From a virus (Duplodnaviria; Caudoviricetes), in the IMG/VR virus record IMGVR_UViG_3300025598_000115, positions 1-30,598 of that record: 30,598 bases of DNA. One strand, written 5' to 3'. The notes under the pieces were generated by a model. The model did no database searches, had not been told where the DNA came from, and saw nothing but the letters and a program-made list of their open reading frames with translations. The position numbers were made by a program, and so were the translations under genes. Below are positions 25,003-30,598 of the stretch, piece after piece (the stretch's first letter is position 1; every line of letters begins with the position of its first letter).

Positions 25003-26928
25003 TTACTTACGGTAACGTTTACCAACCCACCCTTCGGCAGCGAGAGGAAAATCGGGCGCCCATTGTGGCGGAGTGGTCATGATCTTAATGACCTCATCGA
25101 GTGCAACATCTTGTTTAGCTTCATCAACTAATATTAGGACCTCATCGTGGATACTGTTACACACACTATATCCTTTATCTTCAAGACTGAGCATAGCCAT
25201 GGCAAGGAAATCCCTAGCGGTTCCTTGGACGGCACTCTGAAATATGGAGCTTCCGATAAGAACGTTCCTCGTCCACTTACGGGTAAATGTATTAAGTCCA
25301 TGCACAGTAACAGCAAGCTTCTCAGCTCCCCAAGGCGTCATAACAGTTTCTAGTTCTGGCCTTTGCCAACATATTAATCTACCGCTCGGTAGACGCATCC
25401 ACAAAGCCCCCTTGTCGTACTTCATCACCACCTTATTATTAGCCGCAATAGGTGTCGCCGGTGTCTGCACGGCCTCAATCGCCGCGTTCTCGCAAGCGTA
25501 CCATAGTTCTTTTACTTTTGGATAGGACGCGCGATAATTATCTACGGCGCTCTTGGACTGTACCGGATTGAGTGACACACCCATACCCTTGGCGTACTCA
25601 ACCAATCCCTTGGCGCCCTGTCCGAACATGCAACCAAGTACGGCGGATTTAGAGACTTGCCTTTGATCCTTAGTTACCTCTTCGTAAGGTACTCGGTACA
25701 ATGACTGAGAGGCAAATACCTTGTACTCATCTAATCCTTGTCGGAAGAGCTCAACTTTGTCGTTTTGATTGGCGATCCATGACGCCACTCTATTTTCGAT
25801 CGAGCTAAAATCGACGTCCACGAAGGTCTTAGCCATAGGAGCATGTATTGCACTTCGTACAAGCGAGGACAATTCTCGCATTGTACCAACTCGTTCCCTA
25901 AAGACGCTTGGAATCGCGACTGCAATCTCTTCATCGCTAAGTACGGGACGCGCAATATTTTGCAAATTAAGTCCACCGCGAGAAGCCCAACGGCCAGTAC
26001 TCGCGCCATGATAGACCAATGTATTTCGTATTCTTCCTTCATTTTGTATCTCCAACATTTTAGCGTACTTAGCCACGCTAGTTTGGCTTCCTTCTTGTCT
26101 TAATTCTAAAACCCTATTAATAGTAGGGATTTTGTAAACATCTTTCAAGGCCTCAGAAACTGTTTCGGCAGTCAAGTCTTTTAAGTTAGCCCCATGCTCA
26201 TTTAGCCATTTTAATAATTTGGCTCGTTCTGATGGTTTGCACCCAGTGAGCGCTAGTGTTTCTTGATCAATTTGGGCTTGAGCGTTTTCTACGGCCTTAA
26301 CCGCATTTTCCAACTCACAAGGATCGACGGGAACACCCCTAATATTAATACGCTGGGTCAACTCCCATATCTTTTGTTCTGATGCGTCCAGGGGTCTTAG
26401 CAAACGCCCTATGGCCATCTCTGTCTTAACGTCCTGGCGACAGTACTCAAACAGCTGATTTATAAGTTCGGGGTCTTTATTAAATCCGTCTTTGTATGGT
26501 TTGCATAGTTTCTGAATAAGACGCTTACCAATAGGATCTTTTTTATATTCGGCATCTATAAATGTGCCAGCGTCATCTAAGCTTTGTGGAATATTATTGG
26601 CCGCAGCTATGGCCATGGTGTCAATACATTGTTCTAATTTTAGTGGTGGCCAGCCGTACTTAGGCACACAGACGCAGTTCCAGATGGCATACTCGAACAT
26701 GGCGTTCCATGCTTGGATTTTGCCACCGTTGTTTACGTGGTCTAATAGTTTGGATAAGAAATGCCCGTAGTGTGGGTTATTAACTTGGTCAGTTACTAAC
26801 ACATCGTTAGGTTCGGTGCCGAACGCAATACACAACACTTCTGTTGAGGGATCGTTGGCGTATACATCCAGCCCTCTATCTTTCAGATCAATCGCTGATC
26901 TAGTTTCAAAGTCAATACTATAGATCAT
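25003..26928 (-). CDS. polA: Phage DNA polymerase, family A, with 3'-5' exonuclease domain
   Basis: Exonuclease motifs IDFET, AWNAMFE and YCRQD; TGRW....NLQNI; motif A DFSSIE; motif B RQVSKSAVLGCMFG; motif C IHDE. Confidence 0.95.
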   Translation of the reverse strand: MIYSIDFETRSAIDLKDRGLDVYANDPSTEVLCIAFGTEPNDVLVTDQVNNPHYGHFLSKLLDHVNNGGKIQAWNAMFEYAIWNCVCVPKYGWPPLKLEQCIDTMAIAAANNIPQSLDDAGTFIDAEYKKDPIGKRLIQKLCKPYKDGFNKDPELINQLFEYCRQDVKTEMAIGRLLRPLDASEQKIWELTQRINIRGVPVDPCELENAVKAVENAQAQIDQETLALTGCKPSERAKLLKWLNEHGANLKDLTAETVSEALKDVYKIPTINRVLELRQEGSQTSVAKYAKMLEIQNEGRIRNTLVYHGASTGRWASRGGLNLQNIARPVLSDEEIAVAIPSVFRERVGTMRELSSLVRSAIHAPMAKTFVDVDFSSIENRVASWIANQNDKVELFRQGLDEYKVFASQSLYRVPYEEVTKDQRQVSKSAVLGCMFGQGAKGLVEYAKGMGVSLNPVQSKSAVDNYRASYPKVKELWYACENAAIEAVQTPATPIAANNKVVMKYDKGALWMRLPSGRLICWQRPELETVMTPWGAEKLAVTVHGLNTFTRKWTRNVLIGSSIFQSAVQGTARDFLAMAMLSLEDKGYSVCNSIHDEVLILVDEAKQDVALDEVIKIMTTPPQWAPDFPLAAEGWVGKRYRK

Positions 26929-27516
26929 TTATCCTTGTCTTCCATGTTCAAATCTTGCAGATTTAGCTTTATTACAAGCATGTTCAATAATTTGAGCATA
27001 TTGTTCACAATTATGTGTAAAAAAATTATCGTATTCATCCCACCAAAGTCTGTCTTTATAACAATTTAATGCGTATCCACTTCTATCAAAAGAATCATTT
27101 ATTTTTATTTTTTCATTATTTTTAATTTTTTCTAAAAGTACTTGATAGTAATCTTCTTCTTCATAATCTATATAAAATGCTTCTTTCCAAGTATTATACA
27201 TTTTAGGTTCTGGAACTCCATCTAATATAATAAGATCAGAACCACATTCGTCTTGAAATTTTATTATTTTTAAAAGTTCTTCTTTAGTTATATCTTTTAA
27301 ACTAGATTTAACTTCAAACCATTCATAATAATTGCCATAATCTACTTTAAAATCTGGTAAGTATTTTGTACCATCTTTTAATTCAAATCCTTCTGGTTCA
27401 TATTCCCATTTTAATCCCATAGTATCAAAAAATACGGCCCATCTAGCCTCAAGACGAGATCTAAAATGATATCCTTTGTATTTAGTTTGTATTACTTTCA
27501 TTATTAATCTTTCCAA
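26929..27516 (-). CDS. PD-(D/E)XK endonuclease-like protein
   Basis: YKGYHFRSRLEARWAVFFD...WEYEPEGF....YLPDF...WFEVK. The start may be the second Met (27501). Confidence 0.8.
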   Translation of the reverse strand: MERLIMKVIQTKYKGYHFRSRLEARWAVFFDTMGLKWEYEPEGFELKDGTKYLPDFKVDYGNYYEWFEVKSSLKDITKEELLKIIKFQDECGSDLIILDGVPEPKMYNTWKEAFYIDYEEEDYYQVLLEKIKNNEKIKINDSFDRSGYALNCYKDRLWWDEYDNFFTHNCEQYAQIIEHACNKAKSARFEHGRQG

Positions 27517-27722
27517 TATTTAGAATCATATTCATCTCGCAATACTGCTGACCATCGATCAACAGCATCATCAGAGTCATAGTGTAATCCCTCGTTGCCA
27601 TTTTGTCCAATAATATCGATACGAGACTTTTTAGGTTTACCAAAAATGCGTTCAAAATTGGCTTCGAATTTTTCTAAATCTGTGGGTCTTTGTTTATCAC
27701 CTTTGCCTGCTTCACTTACCAT
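27504..27722 (-). CDS. Small hypothetical phage protein
   Basis: GKGDKQRP.....F..NFERIFG and IDIIGQNGNEGLHY motifs; overlaps both neighbours. Confidence 0.65.
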   Translation of the reverse strand: MVSEAGKGDKQRPTDLEKFEANFERIFGKPKKSRIDIIGQNGNEGLHYDSDDAVDRWSAVLRDEYDSKYWKD

Positions 27723-27930
27723 TTTGATTCTCCATTTTTGTTATTTTCTTTTTAAGCCAAAGATAATCAGCCATTGCATCACCTTTACCTTTATCATACC
27801 AGTTCAATGCTTGTTTGCTAAATAATTTTCTAACAATCCAAGGTAAACTCATATGGAATTCTAACATACTTAATTCAAGCTTTCCTTCTATCAGATTCAT
27901 TTTTTGTTTTTTAGTGAGTTTCATTTCCAA
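27712..27930 (-). CDS. Small hypothetical protein
   Basis: GAGGA ribosome-binding site; part of an overlapping run of small ORFs. Confidence 0.6.
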   Translation of the reverse strand: MEMKLTKKQKMNLIEGKLELSMLEFHMSLPWIVRKLFSKQALNWYDKGKGDAMADYLWLKKKITKMENQNGK

Positions 27931-28147
27931 AATCCTCTTCTGTTAATATGGGTTGATCTTTTTTAGCATCTTTTAACATCATTTCTAATACTCTAATAAT
28001 TTCTTCAGGATTATCGCCTATCACTTCATCTCTTTCACTAAAAGCCATTAATTCGCCTGTTTCTCTATAAAAGACTTCATTTAATCCATAATATATTTCT
28101 TTTGTTTTAGGGCAAATTCGTTTAATGATCCTATAGTTCCAAGTCAT
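27911..28147 (-). CDS. Small conserved phage protein (MTWNYR family)
   Basis: MTWNYRII...YGLNEVFY...LEMMLKDA pattern; ATGA coupling. Confidence 0.7.
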   Translation of the reverse strand: MTWNYRIIKRICPKTKEIYYGLNEVFYRETGELMAFSERDEVIGDNPEEIIRVLEMMLKDAKKDQPILTEEDFGNETH

Positions 28148-28380
28148 TTTGTATATTCCCTTACCTTTTTAAATACTTCTCGTCTATCACTAAATTTAAT
28201 CTTACCTTGTATTTCTACAGGATAAAAAAATGCAGTCCAGCCGTGATTAGCATGAAATGTTCCTGTTACTTTTTTACCGTTAATGGTATCAAAATAAATC
28301 CAGGGATAATTGGCCGCAAAGGTTACATTTATACCTATCTTTTCAAGTCTGGTTTTAAATGTTGATAATCTATCAGTCAT
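28144..28380 (-). CDS. Small hypothetical phage protein
   Basis: RLEKIGI......NYPWIY...ING..V...F.ANHGWT; AAGGA ribosome-binding site; ATGA coupling. Confidence 0.7.
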   Translation of the reverse strand: MTDRLSTFKTRLEKIGINVTFAANYPWIYFDTINGKKVTGTFHANHGWTAFFYPVEIQGKIKFSDRREVFKKVREYTK

Positions 28381-28778
28381 TCCTTATCCTTATCCTTATC
28401 TTTATTCATAGTATGGATATGTTTTTCTTTTGGTATGGTAAAAATTTCAATAGGGATATCTTTTCTTTTATAAGCATTGTCACGACCTAATTTATATCCA
28501 GCTATCCATGCCTGCCACATCTTTTCATCGTCATATTTTAATTCACACATACTAGGACTTTGTAAAAATACTCTTTCATACCACCATGTAAACTCTTCGT
28601 TTAATTCAGGTTTCATTTCTTTAGGTTGTGGTTTAATGCGGTATTCCCAATGAGTTGCATCCCAAATTGGAGTTTCAACATATTGCCATTCTTCATTTTC
28701 ATCAGATACCCATTTAGCTTCAATCTTTTTACCTTCAGCCCATGCTTTTATTTCTTTATGCCATTTATGTTGTTTCAT
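28377..28778 (-). CDS. Hypothetical phage protein
   Basis: AGGAG ribosome-binding site; HKW...IKAWAEG..IE...P.W....EYRIKP N-terminal module. Confidence 0.7.
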   Translation of the reverse strand: MKQHKWHKEIKAWAEGKKIEAKWVSDENEEWQYVETPIWDATHWEYRIKPQPKEMKPELNEEFTWWYERVFLQSPSMCELKYDDEKMWQAWIAGYKLGRDNAYKRKDIPIEIFTIPKEKHIHTMNKDKDKDKE

Positions 28779-28791
28779 TTTAATCTCCTAA

Positions 28792-28992
28792 TCATTTTTT
28801 ATATATCCAATTAGGATCCCACATATCGCGATAGGGATCATCTTTATAAAAGTCTTGCTTCATCATCTCTTCAAATTTCTTTTGCTTTTCCGGCGATAAG
28901 GCAGAAGAATATTTAGTAACATTTACTTTTTTATATAAGTATTCTACTGCATTAGCTGTTATTGTAATAGGGCTAATATCTGCTGCATCCAT
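28792..28992 (-). CDS. Small hypothetical protein
   Basis: The ATG at 28992 has a well-spaced GGAG upstream and is preferred over the TTG at 29004. Confidence 0.55.
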   Translation of the reverse strand: MDAADISPITITANAVEYLYKKVNVTKYSSALSPEKQKKFEEMMKQDFYKDDPYRDMWDPNWIYKK

Positions 28993-29002
28993 ATTAATCT
29001 CC

Positions 29003-29036
29003 AAATAAAAAGAGGCTCCAAACTACAGAGCCCCCC
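29003..29036 (-). terminator. Rho-independent terminator downstream of the RNR gene
   Basis: Minus strand reads GGGGCTCT-gtagttt-GGAGCCTC-TTTTTATTT: an 8-bp stem with two G-U pairs followed by a U-tract. Confidence 0.75.
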
Positions 29037-29076
29037 ACTTCACCACCACGATGAAATTGTTTAGCTGTAAATTCCA

Positions 29077-30597
29077 TTATATTTCACAAACGCCGCTCAC
29101 GCAAGCTAACATTTGTGCACCCTCTACATTGTCAGTTAATTCTTGGAATTTAGTCCAATCAATCACAGGCATAGAGGTTTTTAATGTATTGTAATCTTCT
29201 TCTGAGCATTCTTCATAAGGCGCTTGTTTATAAGTGTGTTCAGAATATGGTAAGAATGAAACTCCACTAATTTCGTCAAAGTGATTCCATACCCATGCAC
29301 CGACACTGGGCCAATCTTTTTCTTCGACCGATATTGTAACAGAAGGTTTGTGTTCGCACCACTCTTTTTGATAGGTCAACCATAATTCTAGGTGATCTAT
29401 GGGTGTAACATCTGCCCTTGTTAATCCGTCTGGCGCTTTTTGAGGGAAGCTGAATACTGTCGTTTGCGTCGGTTTATATACGCAGTCTTCGCTAGGAATG
29501 CCCTGTTCCACAAGGAAGGTTGTAAGTGGATCTTTTTTGTCGCCACGTACTCTTCTGATATAGAATTTAGAATGTCTTGGATGGATTCCTGACGCAGAGT
29601 CAACAAGTTGAGAGACTGTTCCACTTGGCTTGACGCAAGTGATTGCGGCGCTTGGTTCAATGCCAAGTTTTTCAGCCCATTCTTTGTTTGTATCTCTCGC
29701 CACATCTCTGAGCTCGTTAAGAATTCCATTTAATTTCTCCCCTTGTGTAGTTAATAATGTATTGTCAAATATACCAGTTAATGACACACCAAGCAAGCGT
29801 TCTGCTTCGGTGTTATTTTGCCACACTTTTCTTAAATACGGGAATTTTGTGAACGTCGATTGAATTGTACCCAAAATGGTAGCCAATTTGACTTTGTACA
29901 TAAGAGTTTCTTTGGTGTCGTCGTGACGTACAACAGCCTCCGTGAGGTTACAAAATTGATACGGACGAAGAATGATCTCTGAGCACGGGTTAGTACCGAA
30001 CTCGAAATTTGGATCGCGGTGCCCGAATTTGGAAACCGTCTTCTTAGCTGCCTCGCGATTGAAAATGCCTCGTTCACCCGAGTGCGAATTGTAGAGGGAG
30101 AGCCATTCCTCCATGAATTTGCCAACTGTAGGCGTCTCGTTGTACACTGCGGAATTATTCGCCAGTGCACGGTGCGGTGCTGTGTCCCACCAAGGTCCCG
30201 CTTTTGCATGTCTAATCCTTTCATCGTCTAGGTCTGATAGTGAGATCATAGCAGAACGACGTACGCCACCCACTACAACCACTTCACCAATTTTACACAT
30301 AATGTCGTGGCACTCTAATGAATTGAGTTTACGGCCATGCGCATGTTTAAATACTGCGACCACAAAATTAAATAGATCAATCAGTGGTTGTGGACCGGAC
30401 GCCCTACCACCAAATGTTTTTAATCGAGCACCGGCGGGGCGAATTTTTGATACATCCCATTGTGGTACTTCGCCTGCCCATAAATGAGCCAATATTAATC
30501 TTAATGCTTTTGCCCAACCTTCTTTCGAGTCATGGACTGCAATCGTGTGATTGGATTCATATAGAGTGTCTGGCACTTCGGGCAGCTTGTTAATATT
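29077..30597 (-). CDS. nrdJ: Class II (adenosylcobalamin-dependent) ribonucleotide reductase, 5'-truncated
   Basis: VVGGVRRSA, GTNPCSEI, QFCNLTE, TCVKPSGT, EHKPS and C-terminal ACVSGVCEI. The frame is open to the window edge. Confidence 0.93.
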   Translation of the reverse strand, partial: NINKLPEVPDTLYESNHTIAVHDSKEGWAKALRLILAHLWAGEVPQWDVSKIRPAGARLKTFGGRASGPQPLIDLFNFVVAVFKHAHGRKLNSLECHDIMCKIGEVVVVGGVRRSAMISLSDLDDERIRHAKAGPWWDTAPHRALANNSAVYNETPTVGKFMEEWLSLYNSHSGERGIFNREAAKKTVSKFGHRDPNFEFGTNPCSEIILRPYQFCNLTEAVVRHDDTKETLMYKVKLATILGTIQSTFTKFPYLRKVWQNNTEAERLLGVSLTGIFDNTLLTTQGEKLNGILNELRDVARDTNKEWAEKLGIEPSAAITCVKPSGTVSQLVDSASGIHPRHSKFYIRRVRGDKKDPLTTFLVEQGIPSEDCVYKPTQTTVFSFPQKAPDGLTRADVTPIDHLELWLTYQKEWCEHKPSVTISVEEKDWPSVGAWVWNHFDEISGVSFLPYSEHTYKQAPYEECSEEDYNTLKTSMPVIDWTKFQELTDNVEGAQMLACVSGVCEI

Positions 30598-30598
30598 A

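Noticed and set aside
25134-30593. Nested and antisense ORFs within polA and nrdJ
   Set aside because: They overlap conserved enzymes entirely and have no independent coding signals.
1-30598. tRNA, rRNA, CRISPR array or alternative genetic code
   Set aside because: Intergenic gaps are very short, no cloverleaf or repeat-spacer pattern was seen, and genes translate full length in the standard code with TAA, TAG and TGA all used as stops.

Overview
This is a fragment of a tailed dsDNA bacteriophage genome. It is probably podovirus-like and infects a Gram-negative host, since it carries a two-component spanin; the gene families resemble those of uncultured aquatic phages. The + strand (1-25001) is a tightly coupled late region. 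In order it holds a multi-gene tail-fibre cluster interrupted by a free-standing HNH endonuclease, an accessory block (glycosyltransferase, signal-peptide HNH-fold protein, 2OG-Fe(II) oxygenase, beta-propeller), and a lysis cassette with spanins, holin candidates and two unrelated endolysins (GH19 and GH24). It continues with basic Lys/Gly-rich proteins, adaptor and tail nozzle genes, a GNAT-like protein and putative ejection proteins, one with a lytic transglycosylase domain. The - strand (25003-30598) is a convergent replication block: family A DNA polymerase (Leu762 type), a PD-(D/E)XK nuclease, small ORFs and a class II ribonucleotide reductase. Both end genes are truncated by the window. 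The most notable unexplained signals are: (1) an exact bipartite motif GGGCGTAAA-N12-TGCATTAGTAT present twice before late genes; (2) a recurring hydrophobic-[K/A/S]-x-G-G peptide shared by several unrelated late proteins, possibly a processing or capsid-sorting signal; (3) a modular tail-fibre system with a shared C-terminal adapter. All family calls come from motif recognition by eye; no database searches were run.
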